Source of the DNA: Eledone cirrhosa
Taxonomy: Eukaryota
Length of the DNA: 64,000 bases
NCBI GenBank assembly: GCA_964016885.1
Contig: OZ024741.1
Span: 178,994,001 to 179,058,000, forward strand
Direction: 5' to 3'
Shown here: one piece after another, positions 1 through 13,450 of the stretch
Position numbering within the stretch: position 1 is the first letter of the stretch
Layout: every line of letters starts with the position of its first letter
Notes under the pieces: model-generated
Told to the model about the DNA's origin: nothing
The model's input: the letters and a program-made list of their open reading frames with translations, nothing else
The model's database searches: none
Made by a program: the position numbers and the translations under genes

Positions 1-954
1 GGTTGCAGTTTCCTGTTTTGTTGTTGTTGTATTTATTGTAATTGTGTCTTTGTGATAAGACTGGAGCAGCGTTATTTTTGTTGTTGTTGTATTTGTTGTT
101 GTTGTGATCGTGTCTTTGTGAAAAGACTGGAGCAGCATTACTTTTGTTGTTTTTGATGTTGTAATCATGTCTTTGTGAGGAGACTGGAGCAGCATTACCG
201 CATAAAGCCCCTTTTCTGTTCGTGCGTTGTGTCCAAGGAAGATGAGTGAAGGGACAGTCAGTCAGCAGACATAGCCTCTCACGTTGAGAATGTTGGCAGA
301 TTTGGGGACTGCGACCTATACGTGCGGGCAGCGTGCTTTGGTGTTGGCTGGCAGTGTTAGTGCGTCTAGTACCCGGTAAATGGGTAAATATACACTCGCT
401 ACGTGTGCATAGCATCTGACGTAGTGAGTAGCGACATATTTGGGGGGTTCTAGTATGTGTAGTGGGGGGTGCATACAGCTCCATAGATTTTTTTTTTTTA
501 AGTTCTTTTGACTATGGCATGGCTGAGGTGGTGATGTGGAGGAAGAAAGCATTGATGGTGATGATGATGATGACAACTGTGGTGGGAAAGAGAGCAGTGG
601 TCCATTACTAGCAATTGATGTGGCAGAAGATGGTGACGGTGGTGATGATGATGGCGATAATGATGGCTGAGTGAGTGGCTGAGGGATACTGTCATTCAGT
701 AATTCAGCTATTATGCTTGAATTCAGTAGTGGCTGCTCCTGGCTTTCTGGCTGTTGTTGTTGTTGTGGCTGTTGTTGTTGTTGTTGTTGTTGTTGTGTTT
801 GTCCATTGGAGTAAATATGTCGAAGTTTTTCAAAATGGTTTTGAATTAGTTTGAAAGAGACTTCTACATGTTTTAGTTTGCTGTGTATCTGCTTAGCAGA
901 CCTCGTGGTAAATGTTTGAGCTGTTTTTTCAGCAATTTCATTCAGACACGACAC
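1..954 (-). pseudogene. LINE ORF1-like protein with two CCCH zinc fingers, frameshifted, running off the left edge
   Basis: ORF 316-954 (poly-Q, S/P-rich) changes frame near the T-run at ~488-498. A second frame is open from ATG 484 to base 1 and reads ..PQICRYSLRQMLCTRSECIFTHLPG..PQICQHSQRERLCLLTDCPFTHLPW.. (two C-x8-C-x4-C-x3-H motifs), then three NAAPVxSQRH repeats. Assignment to a LINE ORF1 is inference. Confidence 0.65.
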
Positions 955-1109
955 ATTGATGTTTATTGTTTGGGACAGAGAAAACTATGTGTTTATTAAG
1001 ATGTCAATTTCATTTTCAGACCAATTTCGTCCGTTCTGGGCTTGCTGGTCAGTAGTCATATTTTTTTTTTTGTTTACCCTTGTGTGCGTTTTAAGATATT
1101 TGATATTTG

Positions 1110-1404
1110 ATACGTGAGTGAGACTTTGGTTATTTGAAGAAATTAAAGAATCGTATATATATATATATATTCCCTCTTATGGATGTGAGTTTGGTTGTTT
1201 GAGGATGTTAATAGTTTTTGGTTATTTGGTTTGAAGATATCCAATGAAAAGCGAGTGTATATAATATTATTTGAAAAAACGGGTGTATATAATATTATTT
1301 GAAGAATTAAAGAATCGTATATATATATATATATATATACGATTCTTTAATTCTTCAAATAATATTATATACACCCGTTATATATATATATATATATACA
1401 CCCG

Positions 1405-1458
<54 letters not shown>

Positions 1459-1830
1459 CCGTTATATATATATATATATTCTCTCATATGGATGTGAGTT
1501 TGGTTGTTTGAGGATGTTAATAGTTTTTGGTTATTTGGTTGTTTGAAGATATCCAAGGAAAACGAGTGTATATAATAAGTTGTAGTTAAGAAGAGTTACT
1601 TGCGAGTTTGTAGGGAAAGCCCGTGTATTTGTATATACTTTTTCCTTATGTGAGTGGTTATTTGAAGATATTGAAGTAGCGTATATATAGAAATGTATTC
1701 TCTTTTATGGATGTGAGATTTGGTTATTTGGTTGTTTGAGGATATTAAGAGAAAAACGAGTGTATATAATAATCTGTAGTTAAGAAAACATTCTTACGAG
1801 TTCGTAGGAAAAGCACATGGTTACAAATAA
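1110..1830. repeat. Diverged tandem repeat interleaved with (TA)n
   Basis: The blocks gtgagtttggttgtttgaggat..ggttatttg..gaagatat..cgagtgtatataata recur at ~1115, 1185, 1494, 1650 and 1714. Confidence 0.75.
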
Positions 1831-1941
1831 ATATACATATATATGTTCGGCCAAACAGGCTTTAAAGCTGTGTAGCTGGCTACTGACTTGGTAGAGAGCA
1901 ATAGAAACACGTCTGTTCACTTCAACAGTCCATATATATAT

Positions 1942-2017
<76 letters not shown>

Positions 2018-2115
2018 CTGGGTTTCGAATATTAATAATAATATTCGAAAACCTCAGATTACATTTATTGTATTCAGCCATGTAGAGCGATAACTAGTTG
2101 TTAGTTATATAAATA

Positions 2116-2387
<272 letters not shown>

Positions 2388-2530
2388 AATATTTACATAT
2401 ACACCAACTAAACAAAGTCATAGATATATATATGTGTTTTGGCAACCATTCACGATGTGGCTCAATGAAGAATTAATAAATTAAATAATCAGAACAATAT
2501 ACTATAAAGTATGTCCATAGAATCATTTGA

Positions 2531-3032
2531 TAATATATATACATCATTTCCTCTCCCAATTAGCATAATTAACCACACAAAAATCAATTAGACCAGGCAA
2601 TAAAATTAAAAGGCACCTATGAAGAAATATTAAATAAATAAACGACAGCAATATCTTTGCGGCCAACCGCCATAGAATATTTACCCAAGCGAGTCCTAGC
2701 GAGTTTGTCTCCTGATGAGTTCGAAGCTCGATATTTTATGCTTAATAGGATATCTCAAAATGCGAACGAAACCCAAGGGTAGGGATACAATCCTGTTATG
2801 TATATAAGCATCTCTAACTTTAATTTTATACCTAATTGTGTATGCTTTACCGTATATTTAATCGATTTCCACGTGCTGTTGAAATGTTGGGTAAATATTC
2901 TATGGTGGTTGGCCGCGAAGAGATTGCTGTCGTTTATTTAATATATGCCTTTTAATCTTATAGACTGGTCTAATTGATTTTTCTGTGGTTAATTATGCTA
3001 ATTGGGAGAGGAAATGGTGTATATAAATATTA
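2531..3032. mobile_element. Fold-back element (~150 bp inverted arms) with a hammerhead in the spacer
   Basis: 2531-2688 is the imperfect reverse complement of 2887-3032, with a ~198 bp spacer. Confidence 0.85.
2705..2790 (+). ncRNA. Type I hammerhead ribozyme with extended stem II
   Basis: ttgtctc-CTGATGA-gttcg...cgaac-GAAA-cccaaggg-TA-gggatacaa. Stem II has an inner helix gatattttat/ataggatatc. Predicted cleavage follows GUA at 2781. Confidence 0.85.
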
Positions 3033-3043
3033 TATATATGTAT

Positions 3044-3080
<37 letters not shown>

Positions 3081-3131
3081 CGATATATATATGTATGTAT
3101 ATATATACTCACAGGCACATAAACACACACT

Positions 3132-3166
<35 letters not shown>

Positions 3167-3225
3167 CATATATATATATATATATACAATCATATATGTG
3201 TGTGTGTGTGTGTGTGTTTGTATGA

Positions 3226-3262
<37 letters not shown>

Positions 3263-3277
3263 GATAGATATATATAT

Positions 3278-3326
<49 letters not shown>

Positions 3327-3339
3327 CTTGTTCACCTTG

Positions 3340-3575
3340 ATCGACCGGTCTGTCGGGGCCGCTGATCACAGCACGTCGTGCTGTTTTAGCCTTAAGATAA
3401 CGCCATCCCACTGGCTGGGCGGGCAGGCCGGTACTCATTTCTACAGCTGAGTAAACTGGAGCAACGTGAAATAAAGTATCTTGCTCAAGGGAACAACACA
3501 TCACCCTGTCAGAGAATTGAACTCACAACCTTTCGATTGCAAGCCCAATGCTTTAACCACTGAGCCAAGCGCCAT
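3340..3575 (-). mobile_element. tRNA-derived SINE, family B (CORE-like centre)
   Basis: The minus strand reads ggctcagtggttaaagc (A box)..gagttcaattc (B box)..cccttgagcaagatactt..ccagtttactcagctgtagaaatgagtacc. Related copies lie at ~30205-30500 (+), 45535-45650 (-), 53960-54300 (-), 56860-57170 (+) and 60465-60570 (-). Confidence 0.8.
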
Positions 3576-3628
3576 CACACATACACATTTATATATATAT
3601 ATATAGTGACGAAACATAATCCTTTATT

Positions 3629-3686
3629 TACTGCTATATATATTTCGATGATAGCCATTGAATGGCTATGACCTCATCAAGCAGTT
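3629..3686 (-). ncRNA. Type I hammerhead motif, C3U core variant
   Basis: Minus strand: actgc-TTGATGA-ggtcatagccattcaatggctatcatc-GAAA-tatata-TA-gcagt. Stems I and II pair. Confidence 0.7.
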
Positions 3687-3990
3687 AGTCAGCTCTCAGA
3701 TATGCCAGCTCTGTGTGTATAGTGTTGATGGTATCAGAGCCTTGGGACATATGAGCTTGTTAGGAATAATTTGATGTTGTCAGCAGGAATAGTCTTGATT
3801 CTCATTGGTCAGTTTGTAGATGGTAGTAGGGTTGGTATTTGACCTCAAAGAGGCAGGTGGTTCTGTAAGGTTCAGACCATCAGGCAAGATGACAATAGTT
3901 CCACATGATTGATTTTCACAAAAGGCATTCTTGGTCAGATATATTTTCAAATAAGGTTAATAGTATGAAATAGATACTACAGGTCATATA

Positions 3991-4096
<106 letters not shown>

Positions 4097-4102
4097 TATA
4101 TA

Positions 4103-4137
<35 letters not shown>

Positions 4138-4279
4138 CTGTTGTCTGTAGAGTGCTAATGATAGAAACAACAACAACCACCATGATAATAATAATAGCAA
4201 CACACACAACTATGACGATAGAAATAACGACAACCCCTTAGAGAAACTATTTTTCAACCCAGCTGACAAAACATATAAG

Positions 4280-6640
4280 ATGGGTAATATCTATCCTACG
4301 AGGTTACCCTTTAATAAAAGAGTTTGCATACCACAACAAATAGATGACGAGACGGAGGCACAGTTCACCATAGCTAGAAATAAGATTAGACAAGTAGTAG
4401 ACAGGTACACTATGAGACAGAGCAGACCAGAGGCCCAACAACTTGGGATAAAACCTGTAGAAGGCTTGGTTAGCCTCAAGCAGCGCACAAGGGATGGTGA
4501 GGTAGTGTGTCTACCCACAGATAAGTCTGGTAGGATGTCAATAGATAGCATGCCGAACTACATCGAGGCAATGCAACCCCACATCACCAACACGAGCGAA
4601 GTTGCACAACTAACACACGATGGGAGAGAAAAAATCCTCAACGCTCACATGATGATGTGGACTGACATCCTAAAGCCAAGCAGACGCACTGCCAACAACT
4701 TCCAGGCGTCTAACAATGGCATACCACCCTTGTATGGGCTCCGCAAAGACCACAAGACAGTCGACGACCCGACAACAGGACCACCAACAAGACCTGTATG
4801 CGGAGCTAATATAGCTAGCAACTACAGGATCTCCTACTTCCTCTCAATGGTTATACGCCCCATAATCAAGATGTCCCCAGATGTATGTGAAAGTACAGAG
4901 GACCTCCTCAGCAGAATCAGTGAGTGCAACAAAAACAGGAGCCTATCCAACTGCATAATAGGCAGCATGGATGTGGTGTCACTGTACCCATCCATTAACA
5001 TTGATTTTGCTGTGAAAAGATGTGTGGAGATGATCATTGAGAGTGAGGTGGAGTTCTGCGACGTCGACACAGACGAACTGGGCCTCCTACTTAGACTTAC
5101 CTACGACACTGACTACCTAGACAGCCATGACCTTAGATGTTTCTGCCCTAGTAGACCTATAAGAGGTAGACCCCCCACCATAACCTCAATGGCTAAAAAG
5201 ACTCCCATAGGAAGGTGGATTGGGTGGACCAAAGCTATACGGACCCCCCAAAACACTGATCAGGTAAGAAAAATGGTCGCACATGCAATAGGGGCTAGTA
5301 TCAAAACTACCCTAAAGGGCCACATATTTAAGTTCAATGAGAAAATCTACACCCAAAATGAGGGAGCAGCCATCGGCGTCAGCATAGCTGGCGATGTTGC
5401 CAACCTTTTCATGGTATGGTGGGAAAGGAGACTTAAAGATCTCCTTAATGAAAGCTCCATAGACCTCATCATGTACTCTCGTTATGTAGACGATATCAAT
5501 ATAGTTATAAGAACACCCCCACTAGAGAGCACTAACAAGTTTGATTTAGAACGTAGCACGATGGAAAGCATCCAGCAGATAGCTAATTCCATACACCAGA
5601 GTATAACTGTAACTATAGACTTCCCTTCCAAACACCCTAACAATAGACTACCTGTATTAGACACAGAACTCTGGATTAACACTATAGACGAGAGAGCCCA
5701 AATTCTCCACTCACACTATGCTAAACCCATGGCCTCCAAATACCTGATACTCAAAAACTCAGCAATGTCCAGTAGTGCTAAGTTTAATATTCTGATCGCA
5801 GATTTGGTACGAGTGATGAAGAATGTGTCCAGCATGTGCGACCCAACAGAAATGGAAGGACACATCCAACACTTCATCAACCGCATGCAGTTCTCTGGCT
5901 ACAACCAAAGAGACAGAGTCAGAGTATACGAAGGAGCCATGGAAAAGTATAAGACCCTCATAGAACTGGACATGAAAGGAATTTGCCCACTATACAGGAG
6001 CAAATCATGGAATAGCTTAGATAGGGCTAGACATAAGATAGGGAAGGCCACATCATGGTACGACAACCAGAGATATCAGAGTGTCATGTTTGTGGACGCC
6101 ACCCCTGGAGGGAAATTAGCTAACCAGTGTAGAAAGGCCCTGAGAAAGACCCACTTAAAAATAAAGGTGGTAGAAAAGCCAGGAACCACCATAAAATCCC
6201 TGATCAGCAAAACCTACCCTTTTAAGAAAACCCACTGTACCAATAGGAAATGTATCATATGTAAGGTGAACCCCCGGATAAACTGTAAAACTAGAAACGT
6301 AGTCTATAGCATAAGATGTACAGAGGGTACTTGTAGAAACACGACAACAACATACATAGGTGAGACAGCTCGTAGCATAGGTGAAAGGATAGACCAACAC
6401 TGGGGGGAACTAAAAGGACGAAAAAACGGGTCAGTACTATACGAACATGCTAGACAACATCATGACGGTAACATAGACAACATAGAAATTAGAATAATAT
6501 CTAAACATAGGAATGACCCAGCAGATAGGCAAATCAGAGAGGCCAGTGAAATAGAAATTAGAAGACCAAAGCTAAACAGAAAGAATGAGTGGAACAACAA
6601 CAACACCCAAACAAACAACACTGACCTAAGAGAAGTATAA
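4280..6640 (+). CDS. PLE reverse transcriptase - GIY-YIG endonuclease polyprotein (786 aa, uninterrupted)
   Basis: Motifs: PTDKSGR (PLE DKG-type motif), LYGLRKDHK..PTRPV, SMDVVSLYPSI, QNEGAAIG, RYVDD, LPVLD, a CxxxxCxxC linker knuckle, and NVVYSIRC..YIGETARSIGERIDQH..HARQHH..REA..LN. Confidence 0.95.
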   Translation: MGNIYPTRLPFNKRVCIPQQIDDETEAQFTIARNKIRQVVDRYTMRQSRPEAQQLGIKPVEGLVSLKQRTRDGEVVCLPTDKSGRMSIDSMPNYIEAMQPHITNTSEVAQLTHDGREKILNAHMMMWTDILKPSRRTANNFQASNNGIPPLYGLRKDHKTVDDPTTGPPTRPVCGANIASNYRISYFLSMVIRPIIKMSPDVCESTEDLLSRISECNKNRSLSNCIIGSMDVVSLYPSINIDFAVKRCVEMIIESEVEFCDVDTDELGLLLRLTYDTDYLDSHDLRCFCPSRPIRGRPPTITSMAKKTPIGRWIGWTKAIRTPQNTDQVRKMVAHAIGASIKTTLKGHIFKFNEKIYTQNEGAAIGVSIAGDVANLFMVWWERRLKDLLNESSIDLIMYSRYVDDINIVIRTPPLESTNKFDLERSTMESIQQIANSIHQSITVTIDFPSKHPNNRLPVLDTELWINTIDERAQILHSHYAKPMASKYLILKNSAMSSSAKFNILIADLVRVMKNVSSMCDPTEMEGHIQHFINRMQFSGYNQRDRVRVYEGAMEKYKTLIELDMKGICPLYRSKSWNSLDRARHKIGKATSWYDNQRYQSVMFVDATPGGKLANQCRKALRKTHLKIKVVEKPGTTIKSLISKTYPFKKTHCTNRKCIICKVNPRINCKTRNVVYSIRCTEGTCRNTTTTYIGETARSIGERIDQHWGELKGRKNGSVLYEHARQHHDGNIDNIEIRIISKHRNDPADRQIREASEIEIRRPKLNRKNEWNNNNTQTNNTDLREV

Positions 6641-6893
6641 ATAAATAAGTAAATTAAATTAAATAAAATAAGATAAATAAATACATACACAAGCACATAA
6701 ACACACACTAGTCACCCAGCAGACACAACACTATACACACTAGTCACACATCACACACGCAAACGCATGCGCAAAGAAGACAAAATAAAATAAGATAAAC
6801 AAACAAGCAAACAAATAAATAAATATATAGACAGACTGAACAAAAAAAAAAAATGGCGTAGACATACAACACAACAGGAGGAACAATGAATAT

Positions 6894-6957
6894 AACACCA
6901 CTGACGATGTTGCAGATGTGCAACGAAAGATTTATGTAAACTATATATATATGTGTT
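6894..6957 (+). ncRNA. Degenerate hammerhead in the 3' region of the PLE
   Basis: aacacca-CTGACGA-t-gttgca gatg tgcaac-GAAA-..ta-tgtgtt. The core and stem II are clear; stems I and III are imperfect. Confidence 0.55.
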
Positions 6958-7146
6958 TGTCTATATTGTATCTGTATTATTTTATTTTTGACCGCCGGTC
7001 AGTCAATGGCAACATTGAGGACCGAGTAAGTTAGATCGCAGATATATATATATAAAAGACAGCGAGAAGCGAAAACCAACCAAACAGTGAGTGTGTTCTG
7101 TTATTAATTCTGGCAATATTACGCAAATATGACCCTCCCCAAATAT

Positions 7147-7189
<43 letters not shown>

Positions 7190-7249
7190 TATATATACAC
7201 ACATATATATATATATATATATACACATATATATATGACCTGTAGTATC

Positions 7250-7318
<69 letters not shown>

Positions 7319-7363
7319 TACAATATATTAATAAATGTAAACTATATTTATAAAACCATAATT

Positions 7364-7426
7364 ATTTTATTATATATATTTCAAGGGCAACCAAGGTAAT
7401 TTTGGTGCGCTTTCATCAGATAAAAT
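7364..7426 (-). ncRNA. Type I hammerhead ribozyme
   Basis: Minus strand: attttat-CTGATGA-aagcgcaccaa aattacc ttggttgccctt-GAAA-tatata-TA-ataaaat. Confidence 0.85.
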
Positions 7427-7505
7427 ATAAAATATGTTTTATAAATGTTGACATACCCGTAGAAAAACAACATTGACGGGTGAAGGTTCGATATATATAT
7501 ATATA

Positions 7506-7550
<45 letters not shown>

Positions 7551-7604
7551 GGAAAAAATGAATCGAAATTTCATTTCTCACTCTTAGTACTGCTGTTACT
7601 TAAA

Positions 7605-8439
<835 letters not shown>

Positions 8440-8640
8440 CTATGTTGTTTATGTATTTTAACAAATGGATACTTAGAAAATTGAACATGAAAACACTTTT
8501 GTAAAGCTGCTTAAATGAAACCGGTTAAGTACAAAAACTATTGTTTTTGGTGTGGAAACAAATTGTTTTGTAACAAGTGTATATAATAGATAAAAACTCA
8601 TTGTGTGCTTTTTTTGAAAACTCATTATGTGCCATTATTG

Positions 8641-8832
8641 GCTTGGTGGATTGGCAGTATCGGTAGAGTGTCAGACGCCATGCTTTCTAGCATAGTTACG
8701 TCCCTTTACGATCTGAGTTCAAATCCCGCAAAGGTTGACTTTGCCTTTCATCCTTACGGGGTCGATAAAATAAAGTACCAGTAATGCACTGGGTAATTGC
8801 TGGCCTTGTGCCAATAGTAGAAACAATTATTG
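8641..8832 (+). mobile_element. tRNA-derived SINE, family A (short subfamily)
   Basis: ggtggattggcagtatcggtagag (A box)..gagttcaaatccc (B box)..gttgactttgcctttcatccttacggggtcgataaaataaagtaccag (resembles the Deu/Nin-type central domain, from recall)..gctggccttgtgcc..gtagaaac. Confidence 0.85.
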
Positions 8833-9249
8833 GCTTTAGGTGATCATCTAGTAGACACGAAACACATAAAATGTTACCGACCAACAACAGTCACACACCT
8901 TTTACTGCCTTACCTTAAAAATCTGTTCATCACAATAAATACACACTTACACTCACGCACATATATCATACACATATTCACACACGTTTTCCTTGCCACA
9001 TGCCATCCCCTCTGATAATGCATGGAAATCCGAAAATATTCAGGATCATGAAAATTGCTAAGGTAACATTCTATCGTCCTCATTCTTTTAACTCAGTTCT
9101 TTTTCCTCTGTTTATTTTCTCAAATTCTTATTACCATGGCACTTTTACCTAACACACAATGCTGAACTTCCAAATAACCAAACTTATTTCCTAATCTGAT
9201 TTGTATCTCGTATTCCACAATGCTTCAAGCAAACTACAACACTTTAAGT

Positions 9250-10450
<1,201 letters not shown>

Positions 10451-10451
10451 T

Positions 10452-10870
10452 AACTTCAGATTTATGCCTGTGATTATTGGGGTACTGGGATATGTTAGTA
10501 ACTGCCTGAATACAAATCTTGAGAAACTGGGCTTCACAGGAACAGAAAGAACACGACTAGTTAGGAAATTACAAGTACAATCCATTAATGGAACAGTAAA
10601 AATATGTAAAACATTCCAAAAACTCTGCATTTATTAACCGCATATATACATGTATAGATACAAAGCATATGCACATACACACATACAACTCAAAACATAC
10701 ACATCCACACATACAATAACATCCATAACTGCACACACTTGCATTCATGCAAACATGCATATGCATCTACCTAGTTGATGTGTAAATTCCAATGAAAGAG
10801 TCTTGTATCTATGTTCGAAACAGACCCTCTCTCCCTATTGGCAAAAATTTGTGAAATTATAAAACCAGAA
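10452..10870 (+). mobile_element. 3' end of an R4/Dong-like (restriction-like endonuclease) non-LTR retrotransposon
   Basis: [39 protein letters not shown] resembles the PV(I/V)IGALG..KLQ C-terminus of these elements. A 3' UTR follows, and (CATA)n lies on both sides. Confidence 0.7.
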
Positions 10871-10943
10871 CATACATACATACATACATACATACATACA
10901 TACATACATACATACATACATACATACATACATACATACATAC

Positions 10944-11545
10944 ATGGTGGCTGCCAAATCGTTTTCGAGTACGGCCACTACTTTATATCCATGTAGGAGA
11001 ACCCCTACCGATGCGCTGAACGAGTGTGACTTTTTAATCCAGCCAGCGACTTGAAAACTCTGGTACAAACACTACACTTGTGACAATTATTGATACAGTG
11101 CTGGGCCCATGGTACCATGTGACGACAAGTGCAGAGAGATCTGCAGATATAAAGCAATGCATGTGCCGTGAAGCTTTTATAGTGAGCAAAGGCACTGCAC
11201 ACAGCCAGTCCCACTCTCTTAACCAAGATGATATTTACCAAAAAGAAGAACAAGTCAACATCATTGGATACCATCAGGGTTGGAGGTGTTATATCAGAGT
11301 TTTCCTTCTCCTAGAATTCTGTCACAAGGCTAAGGGGTCATCTCTCCCGCTGATTTTGGATGGCCATTGACTCTTAAGAGCTCCTTTGCCCTATGACAGG
11401 TTTTGTTTTTAGTCCTGCAGGATGTCCAAAGTCACCCTCCTCACCAAGAGACCTTGGTAGGGTTGCCAGTTTAGTCGCCAACGACCCGACCATGAGACTG
11501 GTTGTACTGGGATACATGTTACCAGTAGCACCAACTGGTGACCTG
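10944..11545 (-). mobile_element. Short RTE-derived element, copy 1, with (ATGT)n tail
   Basis: Contains the C2H2 finger CSVCTRVFKSLAGLKSHTRSAH typical of RTE C-termini. The 3' end is tggccgtactcgaaaacg..cagccacc followed by (atgt)n, and the 5' ~200 bp is shared with copy 2. Confidence 0.65.
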
Positions 11546-11548
11546 ACA

Positions 11549-11582
<34 letters not shown>

Positions 11583-11631
11583 CATACATACATACATACA
11601 TACATACATACATACATACATACATACATAC

Positions 11632-12236
11632 ATGATGGCTGACCCCTCGTTATCGAGTATGGCCATTGCACGATATAACATTATTAATTAATTCTATCGT
11701 GCAATGCCTGTGCGTGAAGATATTTATTAAAGTGAGGAGAGACTGTGCACTGAGCCAATCCCACTCTCTGAGCGACAGTAGATCTAACCCGAAAAGAATA
11801 AAAGATCAACATCATCGTTAACTACTGACCTGCAGGTTTTATATCGGAGTTATGCCAGTTTCTTGAGTTGCCTTCTCCTAGAAGAATGCCCTGACAAAGG
11901 TTAGGAGTCCTTCACTCCCAGTGGTTTAACCGCGCGATCGGTTGTCCAGGATGACTATTTCTAAGTCCCTGCGCATATACACATGCACCCATGTATATAC
12001 ACATATACATACATATGTACATGTGTATATCCATATTTACACACTTTTGGATGGCCGTCGACTCTTATGAGTTCTTCCGCCCTTTGTCAGGTTTTGTTTT
12101 TGTCCTGCAGGGTGTACAAAATCACCCTCCTCACCAAGTAAACTTGGTGGTGTTGCCAGTTTAGTCGCCGACGATCCGACCATGCGACAGGTCGTACTGG
12201 GTTACATGTTACCAGTAGCACTCAAGAGTGACCCGA
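11632..12236 (-). mobile_element. Short RTE-derived element, copy 2, with (ATGT)n tail
   Basis: 12045-12236 aligns with ~11355-11545. The 3' end is tggccatactcgataacgaggggtcagccatc followed by (atgt)n. Confidence 0.65.
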
Positions 12237-12283
12237 CATACATACATATATATGTATATATATATATACATATATATATATAC

Positions 12284-12330
<47 letters not shown>

Positions 12331-12362
12331 CATATATATATATACATATATATATATACATA

Positions 12363-12458
<96 letters not shown>

Positions 12459-12459
12459 C

Positions 12460-13033
12460 AATGATGAATTTGGAAAAATAAACGCGAATAAAATCTTCTA
12501 GCTATGACACAACGCTGACCTCTGCCATTAAGCCACTGCACCAACCTATTGCTGTCACTAACAAGCATACACAAAACAAACCCCATGAAACAGCCAAGAC
12601 CAGTGACTACTCTAGCCTCCACATTTCTACTCAATGTACAAATGTCAGTCCATCAATCACAAAATGGAAGGTGCATTGAGGATTGGGTTAACAACCATCC
12701 ACAGCACATCCCTCTTTTCATCCTAACTGAGATCCATCTCGACAACTTCCAATTGGACGCCGAACTTATGGTGAGGAATTTTGCAACCATCTGCGCGCTT
12801 TGTGTCGGCAGAAGAAAGGGAGGAACTGCCGTTTTCCTGCATGATTCTTTTACGGCAGACGGAAATATACTCTTCAATGGCTACTGTGAATCAGTCACTG
12901 TGCACAACAATGTCAATGATTTAATAGTAGTTGGGCTGTATAGGCCAGCCCAAACGTCCATACTGTGCTTCAAAGGATACCTCAACCGCATTAAGTGTTT
13001 TATACAACATTGCCATTCTGGTAACATACTTAT
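12460..13033 (+). pseudogene. LINE apurinic-like endonuclease N-terminal fragment (CR1 group)
   Basis: FLLNVQ..FILTEIHL..RRKGGTAVF..VVGLYRP are APE motifs. Confidence 0.8.
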
Positions 13034-13450
13034 GTGATCTACCAGTGCAACGTAAGGACGGACACTTCCAACAAAGCTTATATAGGATTAACCGCATGTG
13101 ACTTCAAGACCCGGCTATACCAACACAGACTTACTTTCCGAAACCCGGCCCGGCGTCACGCCACCACACTTTCGGGCCACATCTGGGACCTCAAAGATAA
13201 CAATATTACCTATGATCTCACTTGGAGCTTACTGTCCAGAGCCAACTCTTATACGGGAGGACGCCGTCCGTGCAATTTATGCTCGGAGGAAACTTTACAA
13301 ATGCTGTTTTCGACGGACCAACTCCTAAACAAGAAAGACCAACTGGTAACTGCATGCAAACACAGATTGCGTAGGACTTACCTCGCCCTCAAACCCCATA
13401 ATGACCCGGGGGTAGACAGGTCTGCAACACCCCACTTGGCGACTTTGTAA
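13034..13450 (+). pseudogene. GIY-YIG endonuclease C-terminus of a second PLE family
   Basis: VIYQC..YIGLT..FKTRLYQH..TTLSGHIWDLK..WSLL..CNLC.EE..LLNK..CKH, followed by a pyrimidine-rich 3' region to ~14500. Confidence 0.9.

Larger units (their letters stand above)
4151..6960 (+). mobile_element. Penelope-like retroelement, 5'-truncated, inserted in (TA)n
   Basis: The reading frame is open from 4151 to 6640. It is followed by an A/C-rich 3' region with a hammerhead-like motif, and (TA)n tracts lie on both sides. Confidence 0.9.

Noticed and set aside
4280-6640. Telomerase RT or a bacterial retron/group II intron RT
   Set aside because: The C-terminal GIY-YIG domain, DKS/G motif and 3' hammerhead-like motif identify a Penelope-like element.
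8641-8730. tRNA genes suggested by A/B boxes
   Set aside because: These are SINE heads. I see no cloverleaf, and each is followed by the conserved SINE body.
9003-9070. Hammerhead-like ctgataa..catgaaa
   Set aside because: The core is mutated and stems I and III do not pair convincingly.
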